A stretch of DNA of 64,000 nt from contig NC_086097.1 of assembly GCF_963921235.1 (NCBI RefSeq), positions 155,436,001-155,500,000 on the forward strand, in the 5' to 3' direction. The translations under genes were made by a program, and so were the position numbers. This stretch comes from Mobula hypostoma. Lineage: Eukaryota. This document shows, in pieces, positions 11,951-23,823 of this stretch. Under the pieces are notes generated by a model. That model did not search any database. It was not told the DNA's origin and worked only from the letters and a program-made list of their open reading frames with translations. The stretch's first letter is position 1. Every line of letters begins with the position of its first letter.

Positions 11951-12019
11951 ATATAGTGGTACTGGGAAGTTTGTGAACTTTGTAGAATTTTCTCGATTTC
12001 TGCATTCTCCTCCTCCGTC

Positions 12020-12480
12020 TCATGGAGACCGTTCTAACTGGTTGCATCACCCCCTTGCTATCGATGAGCCACTGCACAAAATTGGAAAAAGCTACTGTGG
12101 GTTGTAATCTGACTCATCTCGATCATGGGGTCTAGCCTCCCCAGCATCAAGGACATCTTCAGACAGTGATGCCTCAAAAATGTGGCATCCATCATTAAGA
12201 ACGCCTAACACCCAGGACGTGCCCTCTTCTCATTACTACCATCAGGTAGGTAGTACAGGGGTCTCAAGACAAGCACTCAACATTTTAGGAACAGTTTCTT
12301 TCCCTCCAACATCAGATTCTAAAACATTCAATGAACCCATGAGTAATACTTCATATTTTTGCTCTATTTTGCACTATTTATTTATTATTTTAAATTGGAG
12401 TATATTTTATGTATTGCACTGTGTTGCTCCCACAAAACCACTAATTTTATATCAATGTCATTGATAATGAACCTGATGGA
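12020..12480 (+). mobile_element. Rex1/Babar-like 3' fragment, homologous to 42980-43440
   Basis: Degenerate RT C-terminus and 3' tail aacctgat; shares flanking sequence with the 43 kb copy. Confidence 0.65.
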
Positions 12481-12654
12481 GATTTTAAAGTGTAAGAGGC
12501 ACAGAGAAAAAGCAATACAGGTAAAACATTAATAGAACAGATCATAACGAATCCTATTTACCAGCGTTTGGCCCATATCCTTCCAAATCTTCCCAATCCA
12601 TGTATGTGTCCAGTTATTTTTCAAAGTTGGTATTGTTTCTGGTCTGAGGAATAC

Positions 12655-13780
12655 AGGGTAAACAGGAAGGGGAGAGACGGTTCTGTCCCAGCTGCATCGG
12701 TTCCTCTCCCAGGGTGGTGGGGACGGTCGGAGCAGGAGCTACACTTGCAGCAGATGGGGAAGGGAGGCTGGCTGAGACTGATAAGGTGGACCGTGGGCTT
12801 TCTCTCAGCCGCTCTTGAAGTCGATTATCTACTCCAGTGGCTAGCGAGATCAGACAGTCCGGTTCATCCCTCGCTGCCAGTTCATCCTTTATCTTGTCTG
12901 AGAGACCCTGTTGAAACACCTCCCGCAGGGCCTCGTCATTCCACCCTGAGTCTGCGGCGAAGGTCCGGAACTCGATGGAATACCCTGCTACGCTGACACA
13001 GAGTCAGCAAGCGTTTAGCGGCGTCCTTACCACGAATGGGTTGTTCGAAGACCTTCCTCATTTCAGCAACAAAGGAAGGGAAGGAGGAACAAACCTCTGG
13101 TCGGTTATCCCATATCGCGGTTACCCAAGCCAAGGCATCCCCTTGGAACAGCCCATGATGTACGCAATCTTGGATTTATCTGAAGTGTAGGTACGTGGCT
13201 GTAGCTCAAAGACCAGAGAGCATTGTAAGAGGAAGGCCCGGAACCTCCCTAGGTCCCCAGCGTAGGGTTCGGGTTCGGGCTGGGGCTCGGGTACACATGG
13301 CTCTCAAGGGGACTGTGGTGCTGATCCAGGGGCGACGCCATCCCGCGCGGTGCAGGTTGGGTAGTCGGGGTTCCTGGCGGGAACGGAAACTCAGTCCACC
13401 TGCTCACTGACCTTCTGTACATTTGTGGAGAGCGGCCGAAGGTTTTCCGTCACCTCCTTAAGTAGTTGGTCATGGGCGCCCAGTAGGTAGCCCTGGCTGA
13501 CGAAGGCCTGTTCTACCAGATCCGTGTCCGCTGGGTTCATTATGGCCAGTTTGTTCCGTTACACGAGCATGGCGGTGGACGACCCCAAGTGCAGAACACG
13601 GGACGGGGGCAGAGTCGGGAGGCGATATTGCCGTCCCGAGCGTGGAATCGGTTTCCAGTAGAGTCTTTACCCCAAGTCTTGGCTTTGGAGAGAATCCAGG
13701 AGCGATGCTAGACTTAGAACCATGAAACGGGGTTACTCACACCGGAGTCAACCAACGAAATGGCAGCTTCTTATATTTCT
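12655..13780 (-). mobile_element. Ty3/Gypsy (Sushi-like) gag with adjacent LTR remnant, disrupted
   Basis: ATG at 13540 (MNPADTD); EPEPYAGD...[42 protein letters not shown]. Confidence 0.85.
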
Positions 13781-14528
13781 GGCGGTTTAGACGCATCTTG
13801 GCGTATTACTGCACTCCCGCAGGATGTATACTTAATTATAATTCTGCTTGCAAATAGTGTATGTGCTCATTAAATAGCAACGCCGCAGATTGTTTTCCTT
13901 CTCAAATGTTCTCATGTGGTTTCCAAATAATTGCATTGCCTCAAATTACATTAATTTCATTTGAATCATTTGTAAAAGTAAAAGCATCTTGATTGAGAAT
14001 ATTCATTATCGCATGCCTAACATTTAAAATTGTTGTTTTCCAAGTCTATCTGCCATTTCCGTTTTCCCTTTCTTGAATCAAAACCTGTAGTTGTTTATTG
14101 AGATCTTAAAATTCTTCCTCAGTTGATTTCATGTTTTCATTTTATAATCCGAATGTAGATAATTCACTTTGCAACGAATTCCTTTTTCCTTGTGTAACTT
14201 TAGAATAAGTTCCTTCATTTTTAATCTGTTTTCCATGTCACTGAATTTTTGACAACAAGCACCTTTTTCAGAAACCGTCTCCTCTAAATGCAGTACCGTT
14301 TCATCCAATCTCTTTCCAACTCACAGTTGTTCTTATTGAGTACTTCTATTTGTTGATGGAGTTCTGCACATTTACCCTGAGTTTCGACCATGTTTCTTGT
14401 AACATAAAATCTGAGGTTTTTCCTTAAATTCTGGTACATATTTGGTAAATTTTTGACCATCTGTGATGACTCCTTTCATTCCCTTGTAATGTATATATAC
14501 CCCAAGTGTGTGTGTGTGTGTATATATG

Positions 14529-14569
<41 letters not shown>

Positions 14570-14579
14570 CTCCATTAAT

Positions 14580-15880
14580 TTCCCACCTCTCCTGCCTGTG
14601 AACTGTTTGATCCTCCATTCAGCGTATCTTTGACTGTTTCCCACCTAAGCCCTGTAATACCAAGATATTTTTCTGCAGACTTGACAATAATTTTAATTTT
14701 TTTGGTTCTTTTGTCTGTTTGCGTTGAACATTTAATTGCATCTACCGTAAACAGTACGAAATCCATCTTACTCATAATCAGTGTGTCCTTATTTATCACA
14801 TTACAACCCTCACAGTTCACCGGTTTATTATTCCCTGTATTTGTTTGCGTGATAGTCTTTTTTCCAGCAACTGCTTTCACTGCCTCTACATAACTAATCC
14901 CTTGAGTTACTTTTACATATTGTATCTCAGCTTCTTTCTTGCTAATAATGCACCCTTAATAAGCTACACTGTGTTCCTCACCACAATTGCAGCATTTCAG
15001 CCTAGCTCCCGCCTCACATTTCTGATATTCATTTTCTCAAGCGCATCTTCCACATCTTTGTTTCCCTCTGCAGACTGCCGCAATATGCCCGAATTTCTGA
15101 CATTTAAAGCATCTTAAAGGCGGTGCTATATATATTCTCTCTTCATAACACAAGTACCCTAAATAAACTTCAGTCGGCAATCTCTCATCAAAGTTGATCA
15201 TAACCAATAAACTATCACACTATTTCCCACTTCTTATAAATTTCAAACGTTTGGCCTCAATAATACTTGCTCCTTTTATGTTCTGTTTAATCTCATCCAT
15301 AGTAACTTTTGTTGGTAAACCTGAAATAACTCCTCTAGTCCACTTTCTATTGTTGGGTATTGAACATTGTACTTTTTTGCCGTCTATTTTAGTTAATCTT
15401 ATCACTTTGCCTTGTTGAGCACTGTCCAACAAATCACTAATAGCGATCCATTTCGTAAAATCTTTGCTTTTTTGACTTCACCTACAAGTTTGTTGATTAT
15501 CTTCGTCAAACGAATCGAGTTCCATTCACCAAAAGACGCTCCGTCTTCGCTCAGTGTTATAATTGCTTTAATCGCATCTTCTTTCTGTTGTTTTGCTATC
15601 CTATTTTGTTTGTCCCCTGACTCCTTAGAGTTTGACATCTCATACCTCGGTTTCCTTTCCTCACTCTCTTCATTCCATTCCTCTATCTCAAACTCACTTT
15701 CACTATCCATCAACCTGTTCATCCTACAGGATATTTTCTTCATCAACTCAGCAATTGCAGCCTCTGTCTCTTTTCCAGCTCCACCACCCAACTCAAATTT
15801 CCAACTCCACACTCTCAGCCCCAGTTTCAACTCCCCACTCCCAATTCTCTCAACCCATTCCAGCAGCTCCTTCTTGTGAT
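14580..15880 (-). mobile_element. I-group/Nimb LINE ORF1 (gag-like, zinc knuckles), disrupted
   Basis: KILRNGSLLVIC, RGVISGLP, EAKRLK; CFKCQKFGHIAAVC and CCNCGEEH knuckles readable on the minus strand. Confidence 0.75.
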
Positions 15881-16029
15881 CACAGGGTCTTTATCCTGCA
15901 TTCTCTGATAGAAAGCAGGTGTGTATAGTTAGTGGAACCTGGGAATGATTGGAAATTAAATGAGGGGATTGAGGCCCAATTCCTGAGGTAAATAGTAAGG
16001 TGGGGGATTGCCAGAAGGGACCATGACAT

Positions 16030-16535
16030 TTATCTTAGAAAGAATGTGCTGAAACTGGAGAGGGTTCAAATGAGGTTAATTAAAATGTTTCCAGTATGAA
16101 ATGGCTTGTCAAACGAAAAGCATTGATGGCTCTGAAGCCTGTATTGACTGGAATTCAGAAGAGTGAGGGATGACCTATTGGAAACCTATTGAATGATGAA
16201 AGGTCATGATAAAATGGATGTGGAGAGGATGTTGCCTCTGGTTGGACATTCTAGGACCAGAGAACAAAGCAGAGTAGAGGGGTGTCGTTTTAGAATGGAG
16301 ATGAGGGGGAAATTTCTTTAGCCAGAGTGGTGAATCTATGGAATTTCTTGACACAGGCAGCTGTGGAGGCTAACTCTTTACATATATTTAAGGCAGAAAT
16401 TGACAGATTCTTGATTGGTTAGGGCATGAGATGATACAGAGATTGGGGCTGAGAGGAAAAGTGGATCAGCCATGATGAAATGGTGGCACAGACTTGATGG
16501 ACCAAATGGCCTGATTCTGCTCCTATATCTTGTGG
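16030..16535 (+). mobile_element. CR1 3' fragment
   Basis: RVVNLWN-type sequence and CR1 3' UTR ggatcagccatgat...ctgctcctatatcttg. Confidence 0.8.
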
Positions 16536-16760
16536 TCTTCTCCAACAGTGCCCTCCAAGTCCTGACTTAGAAGTACATAAGGTACAGGATTCAGGTTTAT
16601 TGTCACTGACATAAGCCTTGAAGTTTGTTTTGCAGTAAGAAATATGAAAAGTAATTTTAAGCCAAGACAGACCCTTCCTCAGAATTCTCTGCTTAAAATT
16701 TTCCCCCTCCCCTTCCCCTCTTCTTCAAATCCCCACTGGCCTCTTACCACTTCACCTCAC
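16535..16760 (+). repeat. Third copy of the intron segment that follows the PLC PH exon
   Basis: gtcttctccaacagtgccctccaag...gaagtacataa...ggtttattgtcactgacataagccttgaagtttgttttgca is colinear with 58944-59220 and with the reverse complement of 8575-8740. Confidence 0.7.
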
Positions 16761-18727
16761 CTCACCTCACCTCACTTATGATGGGGTGTTGAGTAGCCTG
16801 AATGCTTGGATAAAGTAACTGTTTTGAGACTGTCACTTTTGAATCAGACACACGCACACACACACACAACCTCTTATCTGAGTCCTTGACTCTCTACCCA
16901 ACCCGCCCAGTTCTCAGGCCTTCTCACTGTTGTCAACTCACAGGGAGGAGAGGTTTCTGCAAAGTATTGCCAGCCCCAGTCGCTGGTTATGAACGGCACT
17001 CTAACCTGCCCTGATTCCCTGGATACTCACCCAGAGTTTGCCTCTACTTTCCCTATCCCTCCCCAACCACCCCTGCCTAAAGCCAATGCAGTTCCTGATG
17101 GGTTTGTATTTACAAGTTTTGTGTGTCAGGTCTGCCACTTAGCTCTGAAGCTGCACAAACTGTGATCTGCCAGTCAGGTAGTCCATGTAACTGCTTATGA
17201 GAGCTCAGCCAAGAAACATGACTGCCCTTGATAGTGCTGACTGGTAATGTGACATGTCTGGGTGAGTAGTGCATCTGTGAATCACAATCTGTTGAAAATC
17301 AGCTGCCTTGGTTGTTTGATCCAGGCTGAATCCCAGTAGGTTCACATGCATCTCCAGCCCTCAGTGGCCACAATTCAGTTACAGTGACATTTGGATGGAG
17401 GTAAGGATGAAACTTAAAGTTGTGACAAAGGTTATTACCATTCTACAGAACATTACAACACTTTAAACTACTTCAAGATCAGACTAACCCACATCATCTT
17501 CCAGTTTTCTATCATCCATGCAGCCATCACAGGATCTCTTAAATATCCCTAATGTATCTGCCTCTACCACCATTGCTAACACAGTGTACAACACACCACC
17601 ACTATGTGCAAAAAAACTTCAGTCATCCTCCTTTAGACTTTCTCGAGTCAATGTAATACCCTGGTATTAGCCATTTCTGCCCTGCAAAAAAGCCTCTCAG
17701 TGTCTACTCGATCTATGTCTCCTATCACCTTGTACACCAGTATCATTTTTCCTCTCATGCTTTTTCACTTCAAAGAGGCTCTATCAACCTATGCACCACT
17801 CCAGTGTACAGCAAAACATAGAAACACACGGTGAAATGTGTTCCTTGTGTCAATGACCAACACAAGTGGAGGGTTATGCTGGGGCAGACCACCATGCTTC
17901 CGGCATCAAAATAGCATGGCCACAGCTCTCTCATAGGATCTGAAATTTCTTTGGAATGTGAGGGAAGGGGAAGCCAGAGAACCCAGAGGAAAGCCACACA
18001 AACTCCTTACAGACAGTGGTGGGAGATGCACCCTGATCACTGTCACTGTAAAGCATTATGCTAACGGTTAACACCACTGTGGCTATGGAACTGATTCTGT
18101 TTTGTCTTCTGCCGCATGACTACAGGTGAATTTGGTCAAGATAGCTCCGAGCTGTGGTCTCCAGTGAGGCCGTCGTCAGATTTTGTTATTTCTTTTAGGT
18201 TCATAGGGACGATTTAGAGACAGGGATGTGAGGGAGTTAGAGGTCAGACCGAAGTTTAGGCCTCCACTTTGCATTGAAAGGGCAGTGACTTGGGCAGGGG
18301 ATAAATACATCCATGGTTTGATGTCAGGTTAGCAGACCAGCAAGAATAAGAAGGTGTATGAGGAGAGCTGGTGTGCCTTCTTCATGACTGCATCAATATG
18401 TTGAGCCCTGGATAGATTCCTGAGGTATTGTTGCCTAGGAATCTGAAAGCTGTTTACTCTTTCCATCATAGACTCTTCCATGAGGTCTGTTGTGTGTATC
18501 CTTCTAAAATCCACAATCAATTCCTTGGTATTACTAACATTGACTATGAAGTTGTTGTGGCAAGACCACTCAACCAGCCGATCTATCTCTGAAGAAGAGT
18601 TCTGAAGAGGTGCCTCAGGCAGAAACGTCGATTGTTTATTCATTTCCAGAGATGCTACCTGACCTGCTAAATCCCTCCAGAATTTTGGTGTGTTGCCTTG
18701 TACTTCCAGGATCAGCAGACTTTCTCA

Positions 18728-21700
18728 TGCTATGTGCCCACAGGTTTCGTTTACTGTGAGTGTCACTTTAAGAGACGCCTGGATGAGGCGGGACTATGAT
18801 ATCAGTATAACAAGCTGCGATGGACCGCTGAGCTTTTCAGTAGTGGGGAGAGAGAGGGGGAGACTGTGACTGTCACCCTGTGATGTTTTACGTGCATTTC
18901 GGAACAATTCAACAGATAAGATCTTCGGCGACTGTTATTTCGTTTACCCAGCGTGGAACCTGTGGAATTATTCGTAATTGCCTTCTCTATACATTTTAAC
19001 GTGGATTTACAAATCCCTCCCCTCACTCATTTGTTCTGTGGATTACTGAGCCTTTACACTTTGCCATCTTAAGACTTTAAGAACTGTTCCTAAACTTGGC
19101 TGTAAAACTTGACACACACATATATACAGGTAAACAGGTTCTCCCTCTTGGAAGCTGTCGGGACAGAAGACAGTGCCAGTCTGAGAAGGGGACGGGTCTG
19201 CGAGTCAACAACTGGCGTTGAGGCAAAGCCGAGGAGACAGACGTCAGGCAGAGCCGTGGTAGTAGGGGACTCCATAGTGAGAGGTACAGAAAGGGGTTTC
19301 TGTGGCAACAGGCGAAATTTAAGGATGGTGTGTTGCCTCCCTGGTGCCGGGATCCAGGATGTCACGGACCCATTGCAGGGAATCCTCAAGAGTGAAGGTG
19401 AACATCCGGAAGTGGTGGTGCACGTCAGCACAAATGACATGGGGAAGAAGAGGAAAGACATTCTACAGCGCGACTTCAGAGAACTTGGAAGAAGGCTGAA
19501 AAGCAGGACTTCCAGGGCGGTTATCTCCAGTTTGCTTCCAGTTCCCTGTGCTGGAGTGGTCAAGAACAGGGAGATAATGGATCTGAATGTGTGGCTGAGG
19601 AACTGGTGCAGGAAGCAAGGATTTACATTCTTGGACCACTGGGGTATGTTTCGGGGTAAGGATGAATTGTACAAAAGGGACGGGTTGCATCTTGATAAGC
19701 GGGGCACCAGCATTCTGGCAGGCAGGTTTGCCTCTGCAACACGGGTGTGTTTAAACTCAGTAGTGGGGGGGGGGGAACGAACTGGAAACATAAGGATGGA
19801 GATAAAGGGAAAGTGAGAATAAGAAAAGTTAAGAGTGACAGCAGAATCAACAGAGCAGAAAGCTCAAGAAGGGATCGTACAGTATGGCCAAGTGAAATAG
19901 GAATTGATGTGGGAGGTGAGGGGAGTAATGAATTAAAAGTATTGTATATGAATGCACGGAGTATAAGAAATAAAGTGGATGAGCTTGAGGCACAGTTGGA
20001 AATTGGTTAAGTATGATGTTGTGGGAATAACAGAGACACGGCTTCAACTGGACAGGCCCTGGGAAATGAATATTCAAGGAGTATACGTCCTATCGAAAGG
20101 ACAGACTGATGGGCAGAGGGGGTGGGGTGTCTCTGTTGGTGAGGAATGATATTCAGTCCCTTGTGAGGGGGGACATAGAATCAGGAGACGAAGAGTCAGT
20201 ATGGATAGAACTGAGAAATTCTAAGGGCAGAAAGACCCTGATGGGAGTTATCTACAGGCCCCCAAACAGTAGTCTGGATGTAGGGTGCAAGTTGAATCAG
20301 GAGTTACAATTGGCATGTCACAAAGGTAATGCTACAGTTGTTATGGGGGACTTCAACATGCAGGTAGACTGGAGGAATCAAGTTGGCACTGGACCCCAAG
20401 AAAGGGAGTTTGTGGAGTCCCTCCGAGATGGATTCTTAGAACAGCTTGTACTGGAGCCTACCAGAGAGAATGCAATTCTAGATTTAGTGTTGTGCAATGA
20501 ACCAGATTTAATCAGGGACCTCGAGGTAAAGGAGCCATTAGGAGGTAGTGACCATAATATGATAAGTTTTAATCTACAATTTGAGAGGGAGAAGGGAAAC
20601 TCGGAAGTGTCAGTATTACAGTTGAGCAAAGGGAACGATGGTGCTATGAGGGAGGAGCTGGCCAAAGTTCAATGGAACAATACCCTAGCAGGGATGACAG
20701 TGGAACAGCAATGACAAGTGTTTCTGGGAATAATGCGGAAGGTGCAGGATCAAAGAGGAAGAAAGATCCTAAGGGGAGTAATGAGAGGCCGTGGCTGACA
20801 AGGGAAGTAATGGACAGTATAAAAATAAAAGAGAAGAAGTATAACATAGCAAAGACGAGTGGGAAGCTGGAGGATTTGGAAACTTTTAAAGAGCAACAGA
20901 AGGTAAATAAAAAGGCAGTATGCGGAGAAAAACTGAGGTACGAAGGTAAGCTAAACAAGAATATAAAGGAGGATAGTAAAAGCTTCTTTAGGTATGTGAA
21001 AAGGTAAAAAATAGTTAAGACCAAAACTGGGCCCTTGAAGACAGAAGCGGGTGAATTTATTAAGGGGAACAAGGAAATGGCAGACGAGTTGAACAGGTAC
21101 TTTGGATCTGTCTTCACTAGGGAAGACACAAACAATCTCCCAGATGTAATAGTGGCCAAAGGACCTAGGGTAATGGATGAATTGAAGGAAATTTATATTA
21201 GGTAGGAAATGGTGTTGGATAGGCTGTTGGGTTTGAAGCCTGATAAGTCCCCGGGACCTGATGGTCTGCATCCCAGGGTACTCAAGGAGGTGGCTTTAGA
21301 AATCGTGGACGCATTGGTAATCATTTTCCAATGTTCTATTGATTCAGGATCAGTTCCTATAGATTGGAGGGTAGCTAATGTCGTCCCTCTCTTCAAGAAG
21401 GGAGGAACAGAGAAAACAGGGAATTATAGACCGGTTAGCCTGACGTCGGTGGTGGGAAAGATGCAGGAGTCAATTATAAAAGATGAAATTACGACACATC
21501 TGGATAGCAGTAACAGGATTGGTCCGAGTCACCATGGATTTATGAAGGGGAAGTCGTGTTTGATTAATCTTCTGGAATTTTTTGAGGATGTAACTATGAA
21601 AATGGACAAGGGAGAGCCAGTGGATGTAGTGTACCTGGACTTTCAGAAAGCCTTTGATAAAATCCCACATAGGAGATTAGTGGGCAAAATTAGGGCACAT

Positions 21701-22945
21701 GGTATTGGAGGCAGAGTACTGACATGGATTGAAAATTGGCTGGCTGACAGAAGACAAAGAGTAGCGATTAACAGGTCCCTTTCAGAATGGCAGGTGGTGA
21801 CCAGTGGGGTACCGCAGGGATCAGTGCTGGGACCGCAGCTGTTTACAATATATATTAATGATTTAGATGAGGGAATTAAAAGTAACATTAGCAAATTTGC
21901 CGATGACACAAAGCTGGGTGGCAGTGTGAAATGTGAGGAGGATGTTATGAGAATGCAGGGTGACTTGGACAGGCTGGGTGAGTGGGCAGATGCATGGCAG
22001 ATGCAGTTTAATGTGGATAAATGTGAGGTTATCCACTTTGGTGGTAAAAACGGGAAGGCACATTATTATCTAAATGGATCAAGTTAGGAAAAGGGGAAGC
22101 ACAATGAGATCTAGGTGTTCTTGTACATCAGTCACTGAAAACAAGCATGCAAGTACAGCAGGCAGTGAAGAAAGCTAATGGCATGCTGGCCTTCATAACA
22201 AAGGGAATTGAGTATAAGAGCAAAGAGGTCCTTCTGCAGCTGTACAGGGCCCTGGTGAGACCACACCTGGAGTACTGTGTGCAGTTTTGGTGTCCAAATT
22301 TAAGGAAGGACATTCTTGCTATTGAGGGAGTGCAGCGTAGGTTCACAAGGTTAATTCCCGGGATGGCGGGACTGTCATATGTCGAAAGCTTGGAGCGACT
22401 GGGCTTGTATACTCTGGAATTTAGAAGGCTGAGAGGGGATCTTATTGAAACATGTAAGATTATTAAGGAATTGGACATGCTGCAGGCAGGAAGCATGTTC
22501 CCGCTGATGGGTGAGTCCAGAACCAGAGGTCACAGTTTAAGAATAAGGGGTAGGCCATTTAGAATGGAGTTGAGGAAAAACTTTTTCACCCGGAGAGTGG
22601 AGGATATATGGAATGCTCTGCCCCAGAAGGCTGTGGAGGCCAAGTCTCTGGATGCTTTCAAGAAAGAGATGGATAGAGCTCTTAAAGATAGCGGAATCAA
22701 AGGTTATGAGGATGAGGCAGGAACTGGATACTGATAGTGGATGATCAGCCATGATCACAGTGAATGGCGGTGCTGGCTCGAAGGGCCGAATGGGCTACTC
22801 CTGCACCTATTCTCTATTTTGAATTGTCTATAACTTTTGTTTATTTCGTTTAATTTTCTCTATTATGAGTAGATGCTAATAAAGGTAGTGGCTTTAACAT
22901 TAAAACCTCGCTCAATTTGTGATCTATTGTGGCTGGTACGTAACA
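18728..22945 (+). mobile_element. Solo LTR split by a CR1 insertion
   Basis: Termini tgctatgtgcc...ggtacgtaaca (TG...CA, imperfect inverted repeat); aataaa near 22878; LTR parts 18728-19128 and about 22830-22945. Confidence 0.65.
19129..22830 (+). mobile_element. Near-full-length CR1 LINE: ORF1 SGNH esterase plus ORF2 APE-RT with stops and frameshifts
   Basis: VVGDSIVR, STND and DGLHL in ORF 19109-19816; [37 protein letters not shown]1 3' UTR. Confidence 0.95.
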
Positions 22946-23359
22946 CTTGCACTTCCAGGATCAGCAGACAATCTCATGTTTATGATCTATCTCCCTCCTG
23001 TATGCTTCCTCATTGCTCTCTGAGATCCTGCTAACAGTTATTTTATCAGTGAACTTATAAATAGTATTTGTGCTGTGCCTAGCCACAAAACCATGAGTGT
23101 AAATGGAGAAGAGCAACAGGGTAAGCAAGCATCCTTAAGGTACACCTGTATTAAATATCAGCGAAGAGGATATTATTACAGATCCTTACTGACTTTGGTC
23201 TCCTAATGAGGAAGTCAAGGGACTACAACAGCAGCAGTGAAAGATTGAAGATATCCATGAACATTCTGCCATTTGTTTGGCATGGATTTTCAGAGCCCCA
23301 CACGGTGCACTATCAGGGACTGACACCTTGCAAGTATTCACCCTTTTGAAAGATGTTCT

Positions 23360-23554
23360 TGTGGTGATATCACGTCACATGTAAGAAAGTGATTGGACAG
23401 AGTTCGGAGCTTGCGCAGAAATGAGAGAATGATCTAGAAACTGTGTGGTGAAAACCTAGTTGCTGTTTGCTGTTGTAAATAAAAGTTCTAGTTTTAATTT
23501 TTCCAGAATATGGTTTGTTCTTAGAAACTGTGGGTACATATAAAGAACACAACA
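23360..23554 (+). mobile_element. Short solo LTR (195 bp) with 5-bp TSD
   Basis: TG...CA termini (tgtggtg/cacaaca); GTTCT at 23355-23359 and 23555-23559; aataaa. Confidence 0.7.
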
Positions 23555-23823
23555 GTTCTGACGTCATCTTCCAAGACAGGTATTACAGGGTCACCAGGTA
23601 CTCCAGGTGTTGCCTCACCAACTGCAACATAACGCTCCATGTCTATACTTAATGTCCTGACTAAAGAAGACCAGTGTGCCAAATGTTTTCATCACCACAC
23701 CAGCTACCCATGATTCCATTTTCAGGAAACAATGTGTTCTTAATTCTCACTGTACTACAAACATATACCTGTATGGGCTCCATGACGAATATGCGTAGCA
23801 TTTGGAATAAGGTGGACGAACTC

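Noticed and set aside
12655..13540. Domesticated PEG10/RTL-like gag gene
   Set aside because: Frameshifted, truncated and still attached to an LTR remnant
16882..17130. TCCTTGAC...AC U12-like branch site followed by an open frame
   Set aside because: Translation shows no resemblance to the expected EF1 exon; probably chance
17320..17375. Minus-strand GWRCM*TYWD, resembling X-domain GCRCVELDCWD
   Set aside because: Too short and degenerate, next to a Rex-like fragment, with no supporting context
19109..19816. SGNH hydrolase as a host lipase or esterase gene
   Set aside because: It is the ORF1 esterase domain of CR1, directly followed by ORF2
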